Part shown: positions 11,151 to 24,202 of the stretch, in pieces
How positions within the stretch are numbered: the stretch's first letter is position 1
How the letters are laid out: every line of letters starts with the position of its first letter
From: Mobula hypostoma
Taxonomy: Eukaryota
Direction of reading: 5' to 3'
Assembly: GCF_963921235.1 (NCBI RefSeq)
Contig: NC_086109.1
Span: forward strand, 14,324,001 to 14,388,000
Length of the DNA: 64,000 nt
The notes under the pieces: generated by a model
What the model was told of the DNA's origin: nothing
Seen by the model: the letters and a program-made list of their open reading frames with translations, nothing else
The model's database searches: none
Program-made: the position numbers and the translations under genes

Positions 11151-12492
11151 AATAGCATTACAGCAACGACGCCAATTACAGACCGAGTATCCAAATAAAC
11201 ATGAAGAAAACATGCAATGCATTTGAAAAGGTTTAAAACATTCACAGGAATTGTTCAAAGATCAGAAATGCCCAGGAATAACATGGGGTGTGTTAGTACA
11301 TCAGGGAGGTACAGTACATCAGGGAGGTACAGATTAGTGCATCAGGGGTTGGATTGCCCAGTTAGATGAGAGTAATAACTAGTCAGCAATATTACTTGTC
11401 CACAACGAATGCAAAATGCAAAGTCATTTATTATTTTCAAAATACTATTACCCTGAGGGATATATTTATAAGTTAGTTACATTAATTCAAAGCCAATTTA
11501 AATGCAAATGTGCTTTGGCAGTTAATGAACATCTAAGGGTTATACGTTAAGCTATGCGATTCAGATTGTAAAGACACCAAGATCAATTTAAATGCTAATA
11601 TGATGAGCTGGTTAATGAATATCTGTGGATTAAAAAGAGTCGGATTATTCTAGAGGTTGTCACTCATAAGGTACCAGCTGTAGGGCAGTCAATTTCATTA
11701 GAACAGACCAGCACCAAGAAAGTCATACTGCTCTTTGGTCCTGTGTGTTCAAATAGAGATAGGAGCAAAATTAGGCCATTCGGCCTATTGTGTCTGCCCC
11801 GGCATTTCCTCATGGCTGATCCAGTTCCCTCTCAATCCCATTCTATAAGCTGATAATTGGCTACCAGCTTTCAGAAAGAAAGAGCAGGTTACCTTAAAGT
11901 TGGGTCATTCAGTAGTCTGAAAAAATGAAACGTGCCCAGATGGAAGGTAATGTGCAGTTCCCAACATCTCCTGGGACCGCTGGCAAATATTTATTTTTGG
12001 GCACACCCTTATAAGGCACCCTAAGGCACATATGGAAATGCACAGCCCCGCAAGAGGCTACAGAGACTGGTGGATTCAGACAGATCCAAAATTGGTACCG
12101 CCCTCCCCACCATCGAAGACATTGTCTAGATGCAGTATCTCAGGAAGGTGACATTCATCATCAGGGACCCTATCAGTCTATTCAGTGCTGCCGCCAGGCA
12201 TGGGGTACAGGAGCCTGAAGATCCTCACCTCAAGGTTCAACACAGCTGCCATCAGGTTCTTGAAATGACTTGAGAAACCGTAACACTACCTTGGGCAATA
12301 ATTCTTTGTCCCTCTCTCTCAGCCTCCCCTAGAGTTGTTATGTTTATTTCATAGTTTTTGTTACACACGTGTAAGTTATGTACAATCTACGTTATTTTAA
12401 TGTTTCATGTGTGTAGTATATTGTGCTGCAGCTTCCAAGAGCTAATCTTCATGGCATTATTACCTGGTGTATGTAGGCCTATGACAATGAAC

Positions 12493-12978
12493 CTGAGTGG
12501 CCACTTTATTAGGTACACCTGTACACCGGCTTGTTATTGCAAATATCTAATCAGCCAGTCAACTCAATGCACAAAGGCATGCAGAGGTGGTCAGGAGGTT
12601 CAGTTGTTGTTCTGAACAAACATCAGAATGGGGAAGAATAGTGATCTAAGTGACCTTGACCATGGAATGATTGATGGTGCCAGATGGGGTGATTTGAGTG
12701 TCTCAGAGTTTTCAGAGAATGGTGCAAAACGAAAACATCCAGTGAGTGGCAGCTCTGTGGGCAATAATGCCTTGTTAATGAGAGGGGTCAGAGGAGAGTG
12801 GCCAGACTGGTTCAAGCTGACAGGAACTCAAATAACTACGTGTGCAGAAGAGTATTTCTGAATGCACAGCACTCTGAACCTTGACATTGATGGGCTACAG
12901 CAGCAGAAGACGATGAACATGCACTCAGTGGCCACTTTATTAGGTCGAAGAGGCACCTAATAAACTGGCCACCAAGTA
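12493..12978 (+). mobile_element. Non-autonomous Tc1 derivative
   Basis: TIR (CA)CTCAGTGGCCACTTTATTAGGTACAC. The interior is a Tc1 transposase N-terminus remnant (MGKNSDLSDLDHGMIDGAR). Confidence 0.75.
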
Positions 12979-14684
12979 TATACGTAAACACAAATCGCTG
13001 CATACTATCGTTGCTGTTTGAGGATGCAATTGTCAGATTACGTTTTCAGAAATTGATCTAGTGCTGTGAATTGCTTTGACTGTGAAGGACTGTACAGTCA
13101 AACAGCATTTATGCTTGAAGATAGGGCACTGAGGCTTCACACATCATTAACGTTAGCCTTGATGCACTCCTTGTCTGACAGAGGACTCCAGGGATGGCAT
13201 GGATCAATAAAGAGCAGTATCATCAGCTGGATGGCGAAGAGAACCGTTATAAACAAAAATAATGCTTACAGCTCCCAGCTTTACATAGTCTTCCAAAAAT
13301 AACCAACAGCAAAGAAAACCACTTCAAGTTCTCCCACGCATCCGAATGAGTGTGTGTAGGTCTTGACTGTCTCATGATTTTTTTCAGCCACAGGTTGGTG
13401 GGAGTGGGAAACAAGAGTCCGGTGGTTCTGAGAGAGGTCACTCATCCAGTTAGTGAGGAGGTGTTACTAATTAAAGTATCAATCCCTCATCAAAGACAGA
13501 AATTGGCATCCTCACCAACCCAGCACACATCAGCTCAATAGATGCATGGGCTGCCCATTGTGGAATATACAGAGGCAGCAGGCTATGTCCAGGGATCAAC
13601 TCCAATCCTGGACTGAAGGAGATGCAGGAGAACTTGGATTCCTAACTCCCCTGACTTATTCACCCTTCAACCAGTTCCCAGAAACTTCATTAACTTTTTG
13701 AAAGTTTTCACTAAACATCCCTTCTTTAAGTTTTCTGATTCTGTATACACACAGAATCTGTTCAGTACATTCACAGTGATAAACAAAATACTGACTTATT
13801 AAATAGCTGGAACAATATTAACTGCTGTGTTCGACTGTCTTATTTAATGTCACCGATAAGCTAGAACTGTCAGTCATGGTCATTGGCACAGCCTCCTACC
13901 TTATCAACGCAAATGTTACCGACATGTAAAGGCCACAGAGAACCAACAGTGACTTCATTGCAAAGTTCACACTGCAAGCTGCCGTCTCCTTGTTCCACTT
14001 TGCAAACTTCCCTCTGGGTAAAATTTCTGTATCCGGCTACTTTTATAATCCCTCGCCTATGCCTGTAGTTTCACCATCCATCTTCCAATTGGCTCTCGCT
14101 CATCCCTGCTGCTTGCTGCCCTGCCCCTGTCAATTTGGACTTCAGAGGACAGTCATGAATACTGTGTGTAAAGCAACTGAACTGAATGGCAAAGGACATT
14201 AAATATTGCAAGTTATCTGCTGAAGTTTAAGCTACCTTTAAATATCGGGTCACAATTTTTTAACGAGGGAATCTATTTAAAATTAATGTACCGAGGTTGA
14301 TTAGGGCCCTTCTGGGAACAAGGAAAGGGCCAAGTGGTCATGTGAGATTGATTATATCTGTTCCATATTACTGAGACTGATCCCAAAAGCCTTTCCCTGT
14401 TTATTCCACTCAAACTGCATCTAATTTAAACACTCTCCAACAAATCCAGTAGGGCTGTAAAATGATATAGACTCGCATTAAAGAGAATTGTTAAAAACAG
14501 AAAGCTTACCAGATTAGAGACACAACGGACTGCGGGTGCTGGATTCTGGAGCAAGAACAGCCTCCTGGAGGAATTCAGTGGGTCGAGCAGCATCTGCAGG
14601 GTGGAAGGAATAGTCGGTGTTTTGGGTCAAAACCCTGCATCAGGACTTCCAAACTAGGTTTACCAGCTTACTTCATGCAAGTTC

Positions 14685-15200
14685 ACCACACTTTGGAGTA
14701 TTGCGTTCAGTCCTGATCACCTCATTACTGGAAGGATGTGGAAGCTTTAGAGAGGGCGCAGAAGAGATTCACCAGGATGCTGCCAGCATGAGAGAGCAAA
14801 TCTTTTGAGGACAGGTTGAGCAAGCTAGGCCTTTTCTCTTTGGAGTGAAGGAGAACGAGGGATGATTGGATAAAGATGTAAAAGATTATAAGAGGGACAG
14901 ATCATGTGGACAGCCAAAGACTTTATCCCCAAGGTGGAAATAGCTACTATCAGGGGTCATAATGTTAAGGTGATTGGAGGAAAGTAGAGGAGGAATGTCA
15001 GGGTTAGATTTTCTTTTACACAGAGAGTGGTGAGTGTGGGGAATGCCCTGCCAGGGATGGTGGTGAAGGCAGATACAGTAGAACTTAGATAGGCCCATGG
15101 ATGAGAAAAAAAGGAGAGCTTTGTGGGAGGGAAGGGCTTATTTGGTTGACATAACATTTGGGCTGGAGCGCCTGAACTGTGCGGTACTCTTGTATGTTCT
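14685..15200 (+). mobile_element. Degenerate CR1 3' fragment
   Basis: LEY..QF and RRFTRMLP-like remnants, followed by a CR1 3' UTR ending tatgttctat. Confidence 0.7.
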
Positions 15201-15201
15201 A

Positions 15202-16466
15202 TGAGGGGCGATTGATAAGTTCGTGGCCTAAGGTAGAAGGAGTCAATTTTAGAAAACCTAGCACATTTATTTTTCAACACAGTCCCCTCCTACATTTACA
15301 CACTTAGTCCAGCGGCCATGGAGCATACGGATCTTGGACCTCTAGAAAGTGCCCACAGCAAGGGTGATTGATAAGTTTGTGGCCTAAGGTAAAAGGAGTT
15401 GAGTTATACAGCAAACACGAGGAAATCTGCAGATGCTGGAAGTTCAAACAACACACATCAAAGTTGCTGGTGAACACAGCAGGCCAGGCAGCATCACTAG
15501 GAAGAGGTACAGTCGATGTTTCGGGCCGAGACCCTTCGTCAGGACTAACTGAAAGAAGAGCTAGTAAGAGATTTGAAAGTGGGAGGGGGAGGGGGAGATC
15601 CAAAATGATAGGAGAAGACAAGAGGGGGAGGGATGGAGCCAAGAGCTGGACAGTTAATTGGCAAAAGGGATATGAGAGGATCATGGTACAGGAGGCCTAG
15701 GGAGAAAGAAAAGGGAGAGGGGAGGAAAACCCAGAGGATGGGCAAGGGGTGTAGTGAGAGAGGCAGATGGAGAAAAAGGAGAGAGAGAAAAAGAATGTGT
15801 GTGTATATAAATAAATAACAGATGGGGTACAAGAGGGAGGTGGGGCATTAGTGTAAGTTTGAGAAGTCAATGTTCATGCCATCAGGTTGGAGGCTACCCA
15901 GACGGAATATAAAGTGTTGTTCCTCCAACTTGAGTGTGGCTTCATCTTTACAGTAGAGGAGGCCGTGAATAGACATATCAGAATGAGAATGGGACATGGA
16001 ATTAAAATGTGTGGCCACTGGGAGATGTACAGCTCTCGTTACATGCACATGCAGTTCAACTCTTTGAGTGATTATGCAGAAAGTTTGAAGTAAATAACTC
16101 ATCTCCTTCTACCTTAGGCCACGAACTTATCAATCACCCCTGATGAGTTATTAACTGATGAGCTATTAACCTGAAACCTTCTGCATAATCAATCAAAGAG
16201 TTGATCTGCATGTGCATGTAACGAGAGTTGTATAATTCATAACGTGCATGTAATGAGAGCTGTAGAATTCATCTTCTACCTTAGGCCACGAACTTATCAA
16301 TCACCCCTGCTGTGGGCACTGTCTGGAGGTCCAAGATCCGTATGCTCCACGACCACTGGACGAAGTGTGTAAATGTAGGAGAGGACTGTGTTGAAAAATA
16401 AATGTGCTCGGTTTTCTAAAATTGACTCCTTCTACCTTAGGCCATGAACTTATCAATCACCCCTCG
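15202..16466. mobile_element. Palindromic (fold-back) mariner-derived MITE containing a Penelope insertion
   Basis: TA-flanked TIR (C)GAGGGGTGATTGATAAGTTCGTGGCCTAAGGTAGAAGGAG at both ends, plus three internal copies. The arms encode a mariner transposase C-terminus (IRMLHGRWTKCVNVGGDCVEK*). Confidence 0.85.
15413..16026 (-). mobile_element. Penelope 3' fragment with terminal tail, nested in the mariner MITE
   Basis: Highly similar to 2286-2860. Flanked by a TACAGC duplication (15407-15412 and 16028-16033). Hammerhead motif at 15511-15546. Confidence 0.88.
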
Positions 16467-17009
16467 TATGGGTGGGAAGAAGAAAAGCAGAGTGAGAAAC
16501 AGGTGGAGTTTACAATGAGGGACTGAAATTTAGAAAATTAATACAATTGGAAGGGCAGGTTTGGAGGTTTTTACTAAGAGGCTGGGGAATCGTCGACACA
16601 GGGAGTTACAGAGAGGGGGCAGAGGCTCCAGGGTCAAAGGTTGAAGGATGAGGATCAGGGGCCAAGAATGGAGAAGGGAGGGCTGCACTTGGTGACTAGG
16701 ATCAGGGATTCACAGTGAAGGAGCAGTAACAGAGCAGGAACTGGTAACAGGAAGGGAGTAAAGAAAGGGTTGAGTTGATCTCCGAATGCATCTCTCATCA
16801 CAGCAGGGCATGGTACAACACCTCATTAACAAAATACTTTGGAGTGTGGGTATCATCTCAGGAAACACAGCAGCACTTTGCACAGTTCACACTACACATA
16901 GCAAGCCGTCACAAGAGTGAAGTAGTAATCGACAAACAATTCCGTTGTTATTCTGTCTGAGGGACAAATAATAGAGAGGGAGGCATTAACAGAGCTAAAA
17001 CAGAGTGTG

Positions 17010-17228
17010 GGAGAACTCAGCAGGTCAGGCAGCATCTGTGGAGTGAAATGGACAGCTGACATTTCAGATCAACAACATCTCCCCTCTGTCTTTCAGTCCA
17101 GATGAAGGTTCTTGACCGTAAACGTTGAGTGTCCATTTTCTTCCACAAGATGGTGCTTGACCCATGAAGTTCCTCCAGCATTTGTTTTTTGCTCCAAATG
17201 ACAGCACCTGCAGTTTCCTGTGTCTCTG
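17010..17228. mobile_element. Old inverted pair of Penelope pLTR ends
   Basis: Minus-oriented pLTR piece (17010-17075) followed by a plus-oriented pLTR with tail (17080-17228). Confidence 0.55.
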
Positions 17229-18644
17229 ACATTTAGCAGAACTATCATTGTAATTCAAAAGCATTTTAAACTATTAAACTTGAAGTAATACTGGCAAAAC
17301 CGAACACAGCAAAGGCAATAGGGTCAGAGAAGACTTATGCTGCAGAACTAAATACCTTTAAACAAGCAGTTCCAGGATAGTACAGATCTGGTTTCTTCCC
17401 AACATCGTGGAAAACTGCCTGAGAATTTCTGTTCTAAATAAAGTTGGACAAATCCAATCTGCTAATTAACACCAAAATGTCCACTCTCAGTCAAGTGATG
17501 GAAGTTGGGTGGACAGCAAAATTATGAAGTATTTACACTTCAATAAGATGCTCACTGTTGCCCATTTTCCCCTGAAACACCCAACTCCAGATGTCTTAAT
17601 AACCTTGATCCAAACCTAAAGGTGTTTAACTTTAAGGCAGAATTTGACTGAAGCTGTGGCTTTAGTTCAAGTTGGAGTCTTTTGGTTTTATGTTTTTATG
17701 TTCTATGTTTTTGCCTGTTAGTTCTTGTTGCTGTTTGCATGTCTTTTTGTTTTTTTTTGCATGGGTGGAGTTGGACGTACTTGTTGCCTTTTTGTGCAAG
17801 TTGTTGTATTTTTTGCGTGAGTAGGTGTGGATGTTCTTACTGTCGTTTGCAAGATTTGATTTTTTTCTCTGCGGGGGTGTTAGATGTTTTATTTGTTTCA
17901 TGTCTATCTGGAGAAGACGAATCTCAGAGTCATACTTACAAAGCATGCATACATACTTTGATAATAAGCATGGCTTAAAAGTTGAACCTCGAACCTCAGA
18001 TCAAGGAGCTTGGTAAGACTGAAGTGAATGGGAAAAACACTCAAACGATGGGGCCTTACACTAAAGAAGGACGTCATTTTAGAATAGATATGAGGAGGAA
18101 TTTCTTTAGCCCAAGGGCTGTGAATATGTGGAATTCATTGCCACGGACAGCTATGGATGCCAAGCATTTGGGTATATTTAACGCAGAGGTTGATAGGTTC
18201 TTGATAAGTAAGGGTGTCAAAGATTATGAGAAGAAGGCATGAGAATGAGGTTAAGAGGGAAAATAAATCAGCTATGATCGAATGGTGGAGCAGATGTGAT
18301 GGGTCAAATGCCTAAATCTGCTCCTATGTCTTATGGTCTTATGGTTGTAGGTTAATCATGACAACCAAGAATGGTACTGTAGAAGCTTCTCAAGTCCAAC
18401 TATCTTCAGTTCCTTCTTCTATCTTAAGGTTATGAAGTTCATGGATGACTACATAATTTTCAAATCCTTTTGCAATTCTTCAGTAGACCAAGTACATAGA
18501 AAGGCTTGACATCATTCAGGCATGTAACATTCCCACTATGAGTATGCCAAATAATGATTTCTTCCAACAAGAGAGAGACGGATCATCTACCTTTGATTAT
18601 ATAATAGCTTTGCTATAATTGAGTGCCCCTCTCTCAACAACCCA

Positions 18645-19367
18645 AGGTCAAAAGCTTTAAGTTCCTCGGGGTCAATATCACAAATGACCTGACTTGGTCC
18701 AACCAAGCAGAGTTCACTGCCAAGAAGGCCCACCAGCGCCTTTACTTCCTGAGAAAACTAAAGAAATTTGGCCTGTCCCCTAAAACCCTCACTAATTTTT
18801 ATAGATGCACCGTAGAAAGCATTCTTCTAGGGTGCATCACAACCTGGTATGGAAGTTGTCCTGTCCAAGACCGAAAGAAGCTGCAGAAGATCGTGAACAT
18901 GGCGCAGCACATCACACAAACCAATCTTCCGTCCGTGGACTCACTTTACACCGCACGCTGTCGGAGCAGTGCTGCCAGGATAATCAAGGACACGACCCAC
19001 CCAGCCAACAGACTTTTCATCCCTCTTCCCTCCGGGAAAAGGTTCAGGAGCTTGAAGACTCGTACGGCCAGATTTGGGAACAGCTTCTTTCCAACTGTGA
19101 TAAGACTGCTGAACGGATCCTGACCTGGATCTGGGCCGCACCCTCCAAATAGCCAGACCTGCCTCTCGGTTTTTTTGCACTACCTTACTTCCCATTTTTC
19201 TATTTTCTATTTATGATTTATAATTTAAATTTTAATATTTACTAATTTTAACTATTTTTAATATTTAATATTTGTAATCCAGGGAGTGTGAAGCGCAGAA
19301 TCAAATATCGCTGTGATGATTGTACGTTCTAGTACCAATTGTTTGGCGACAATAAAGTATAAAGTAT
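18645..19367 (+). mobile_element. Rex1/Babar 3' fragment (second subfamily)
   Basis: ORF 18623..19123 (SFKFLGV...KAHQRLYFLRKL...FYRCTVESIL...LPSGKR...SFFP) with tail AATAAAGTATAAAGTAT. Confidence 0.88.
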
Positions 19368-21574
19368 TGCCATTCTCTAGAAATTGTGCTTGCCCAGCCA
19401 TATTAAATCATGGACACAGAAGTAGGGTATCCACCTCTTTTTGTTCCACTATCTACACAACACAGAAGTGTGGTTGAATATTTTTCACTTCTCTGCATGT
19501 GTGTAGCTCCAACAACACTCAGGAAACACATTCCCATCCAGGAAAAGGTGACTCCATGCTTAGCATCCCATCTGACATCCAAAATATTAATTCTTTCAGA
19601 GGAACATACAAGTTGAAGAAAGAGGTAGGTCTTACTCAAGCCTTCCACTTGGCTCTACTACTTAATCTGATCTGTTTTGTTACCTCAACTTCTCATTCTC
19701 TTCCCTCCGTGGTAACATTACACCCCCTTGCTTATCAACTAGCTACCTAACAATGCCTTAAAATTTCAAACTGTTTCCACCAGGATATCGTGGTCGCAGT
19801 ATGTAAGATCTATAAAACACATAGTAACTGCTCACTGAGGCTTCTCCAGCAACACCTTGCAAAAGCACAAGGAGGAGTGAGGGAGGATGAGGTTAGCAGC
19901 TACATAGAATACCACCACTAGATGGATGTTGTTTAAGAAGGCAACATCCATCTTTCTTCCTGCCCGTGCTTGCTGGACAGCTGTCAAAGGAACATATTCA
20001 GAACTTAGAACAATACAGCACAGTACGGGCCCTTCACAATGTTGTGCCAACTTTTAACCTCCTTCACAATCAATCTAACCCTTCCCTCTTACATAGCCCA
20101 TAATTTTCCATTTTTCTTTCATGTATGTGCCTATCTAACAGCCTCTGAAATTTTTCTAATGTATCACAAGTTCCTGGACATTGGGGGCATCATTTATGAT
20201 CCTTACCATCTGGACCATGCCATCTTTTTTCAGCTACCATTGGGCAGGAGGTATAGCAGCCAGAAGTCCCATGTCACCAGGTTCAAGAACTGTTGCTTCC
20301 CTTCAACCATTCTGCTCGTGAATCAATCCGCAAAATCTGAACCACCACAGTTTAGCAAGACTACGACCACTTTAGTCACTTGTTCTCAATTGGACCTTGT
20401 TCAGCTTCGTTCTAATTATGTTCTTCCTTGTCATAGTTGTGTATGCATTTAATTAAAGATTTTTTTTTGTGAACGCTGCCTATATGATACTATGTGCATA
20501 TGGTGCTGCTGCAAGTAAGTTTTTCGTTGCACCTGTACATATGCCAGCAAACTCAACTTTAACTTCCTCTCCGATTTCAATTGTCATCCACAACCAGATC
20601 TCTGTCTGGAACTCTCTTCCCAACAGCAACTTCATCAGATGGACTGCAGTGGTTCAGGGAGGCACCTCACCTGCACCTTCTCTAGAAAATTAAGGGGCAG
20701 ACAATAAATGTTCACTTGCTAAAAATTCCTACTGCCCAATAAATAAGGATGGTGATGCAGCCAGTTAGAATGCCCTCCACTGTACATCTGTAGGTCTTGG
20801 TGACATGCCAAATCTCCTTAAACTCCTAATGAAATATAGCTGCTGTTGTGCTTTCTTTGTATCTGCATCGATATGTTAGGTCCAGGATAGATTAAATAAT
20901 ATGACACACTGACAAATGGAACTAGCATTTGTGGGTGCCTTGGTCAGCATGGAGGAGATGGGCCAAAGGACCTGTTTCTGTGCGGTATCACTCCATGGCT
21001 TAAACATCATTAAAAAATTGAAACAGCAATAGGTTAAATAAAGGTCTGGCAGCACAGCCTCAGATTAAAGGGACATCCTTCTAAAACTAAGATGAGGAGG
21101 AACTTCTTTAACTAAAGGGTGGTGAGTGTGTGGAGTTCATTGCCACAGACATTTGTGGAGGCCAATCAATGGGTTCAGAGATTGAAAGATTCTTGCTTGG
21201 TAAGGGGGTTAATGTTTATGAGAGAAACTGGGAGAAAGGGGTTAAAAAACTGATCAAGCATGATTGAACGGCAGATTAGACTCAATGGACCAAATAACCT
21301 AATTCTACTCCAATATCTTATGGTCTTATTACTAATAAGGCTTGCCTCTCTAATTGCTTCATCTCCATACTGGAGCCATGGAAATTATTGAAGTAAAAAA
21401 TGATTTTGAGGCAGAATTAGAACTGTTAGAGGACCTGAGAGAAGATTGCCCACTAAATGATGCAGCCTCACTGTTGGGCTTCTAAGCTTGTCATTAATTT
21501 GGGACTTCCATGTTTGGTAAAACCATGTTTCTAAGCCTCAGATCTACTTTATTTAAACAGGTAAATATCAGGAG

Positions 21575-22117
21575 TTGGTGGACTCCCCCCGCCCCACCCC
21601 CGCACAGGGCAGTGAGTTCTTCCGAGTCAGCAGATCCAGAGTTCGAGGCCTAGGGTTCAGAGTCCTGTTATTAGTGAGTCCAGGGATCGTTACCAAAGAT
21701 CGAAGCTCAAAGGTCAATCCAAATCCTGGAAGTCAAGGCCCAATGGCCAAAGCCCTGGGTCGTAATTCTACTGGGGAAGCCAAAGGCCCCATGTCTGATA
21801 GTCTGCGAGTCCACTGAAGGTTGAAGGCCCAGAGGCGGCCTGCCCTGGTGCTAGGTGACTGTTTGTATGTGTGCGTGGGTGAGCGGGAGGAAGGGGCTTG
21901 TTTTGCTGTTGTTTTGTTGCTGTTGTTCTGTTGTTGTTGTTGTTGTTGCTTGCATTGTTCTGTTGAACATGGTAGGCATGATAAGTTGGCGCCAGAATGT
22001 ATGAGAACATTTGCGGGCTGCCCCCAGCGCATCCTTAGGTTGTGTTGGTTGTTAACACAAGCATTTCGCAACGTTTCAGTGTGAATGTAATAAATAAATG
22101 AATCTCAGTCTGAATCT
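21575..22117 (+). repeat. SINE-like dispersed repeat with a (TTG)n tract
   Basis: The 3' part (gttggcgcc...tttgcgggctgcccccagc...aataaatgaatct) recurs at about 6290-6420, 38460-38600 (reverse) and 48590-49370. Confidence 0.55.
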
Positions 22118-23124
22118 TGCCAGGATTGAAAAAAGGGTGGTGATGCCGTACGATGCAGGCCTTTCAACAACCAGCAGATGGGGGAATAGTTCCCCTTACG
22201 TCAGCCCCAGAACCAGATGAGCTCACAGCTGGCTCTCCTGACCCTTCTCACTGTCAGTATGGAAAACAAAAATGATGGACGTGAATATACAAGGATCAGA
22301 CTTATTTCCAATTTTACTGCTCCACGCTTATTACCTTGCCAAAGAATGCCTTGCGAGTTACTGGCCAGGAGCCCACTTCTCAAAAAATAGTGGAAGCAGG
22401 AGAGAGCCAGGGAAAGAGGGACTTGAGAGGTTCCAAAGTCATCAACAGTCAAAGTAGTTTTCTGAACTGCAGTTACTAGTAGAACATTAGAAATATTGCA
22501 GGCCGCCACAAAGATGAATGTGTTGTACACCCAGATAATTAAAATCATCTTTGCAATGTTAAGGTTAAATACTGTCTAGGTTTTTAACTCAAATGGTATG
22601 AAGTCTCACTAAAATAACACAAGCATCGGCAGAATTACAAATCTGTTCTGAAATACTTCTACTGATCTTAAGCTTGGGAAAAGCAGGAAAATGCATTTCA
22701 GAATCAGAATCAGGTTTAATGTCACTGGCATATGTCATGAAATGTGTTGTTATGCGACAGTAGTACTGAGTAATTTTTATAAGTTACCGAGTTTTGTGAT
22801 AACCCTAATATTTCACTTTAAACATAATTATTCAGGCTTAAGTTACTTGCCATAGTCATCCATACCCAGGGTTATCAATGACATGAAATTTGGCTTTTTG
22901 CAGCAACAGCACAGTACACCACAATCATGATATAAACTTGTATTAATGTAAATCATATATGACCTAAACAATCGAATATGCAAAAACAAATATAACATCA
23001 GTGTAAGGTGAGGGAAATATAGTCTGCCGTTGAATTAGAACTTTACAGATCAATTCAGGGTTCTGATGGCAGTGTCTGTTGTTGGACCTTGAGGTGTGAG
23101 TCTTCATGCTCCTGTGCCTTCTAT

Positions 23125-23546
23125 CCGTCTGGGTAGCCTCCAGCCTGATGGCATGAATATCGATTTCTCCTTCCAGTCAAAAAATTTCCCCCCCACTCCC
23201 CTCCTCATCTATTCCCCACTCTGACCTTTTACCTCTTCTCACCTGCCTATCACTTGCCCCGGGTTCCCTCCTCTTCCCTTTTCTCCTGTAGTCCACTCTT
23301 CCCTCCTAACAGATTCCTTCCTCTCCAGCCCTCTATCTGGCCTACCCACCTGGCTTTACCTGTCACTTTTCAGCTAGCCTCTTTCCCCTCCCCCACCTTC
23401 TTATTCTGGCATCTTCCCCTTTCCTTTCCAGCCTGAAGTGTTGGCTGTTCATTCATCTCCATAGGTCCTGCCTGACCAGCTGAGTTCCTCCAGCATGTTG
23501 TGTGTGTTGGTTTGGATTTCCAGCATCTGCAGATTTTCTTGTGTTT
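23125..23546 (+). mobile_element. Decayed Penelope 3' end with tail
   Basis: ccgtctgggtagcctccagcctgatggcatgaatatcgatttc (RLGSLQPDGMNIDF) followed by pLTR and tail. Confidence 0.8.
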
Positions 23547-24202
23547 ATCCTGTGTCTCCTGTTAATGGCAGCAATGAGAAGAAGGCATGGGCCAGCTGGG
23601 GGCAGGGGGTGCCCTTAATGATGGATGTCACCTTCCCGGCTGAGGCAGGTACCGCAAAAACACCAAAAAGACATTTAGATGGGTGCATGGGTAAGAAAGA
23701 TTTGGCTGGGTATGTTCAAAACTATCAATACAGAGCTTTTATCAGCAGCTTCTCACCATGGCAACCCTGGCTTCACCTTTTCAGAAATGATCCCTTTGTC
23801 CTATCTATGTCCTGGCGTGAACATTGATTTCGCTAACTTCTGGTAATTTCTACCCCTCCCCCTCTACCTTTTTCCATTTCTTTCAAAAAAAATGTACAGT
23901 TATAAAACTGAATTTAAGCAGGGTATTCCCCATAAACCATTGTCACCAATAAGAAATATGAATCTTAAGTCTCTATACAAAGTTTCAGTTTGACAGACGT
24001 GAACAAAATTCTTGAATCACCTGATGAAACTGAACCCCACTTCAGCATTGGTATGGCCTGGGACTAACAGTTCTGCAATACAAAGAGTTATTTTCTGCAT
24101 CATCTTAAAACTACAGTGAAACAGTGGGAAGCATTGAAAATCCTGTACTCATAGATGAGAGCAACAGGGAGGTAGTCACACCTAGACTGTCGGAGCAGGT
24201 CG

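Noticed and set aside
13270..13375. Minus-strand MRQSRPTHTHSDAWENLKWFSLLLVIFGRLCKAGS followed by GTAAGC, resembling a renin signal-peptide exon 1
   Set aside because: The donor is phase 1 but exon 2 needs phase 2, and the phase-2 frame has a stop. It would need an indel or a micro-exon, so it is not called, though RNA-seq could revive it.
15202..16466. Repeated ~40-bp units as a CRISPR-like array
   Set aside because: The units are in both orientations, TA-flanked and attached to mariner transposase remnants, so they are TIRs.
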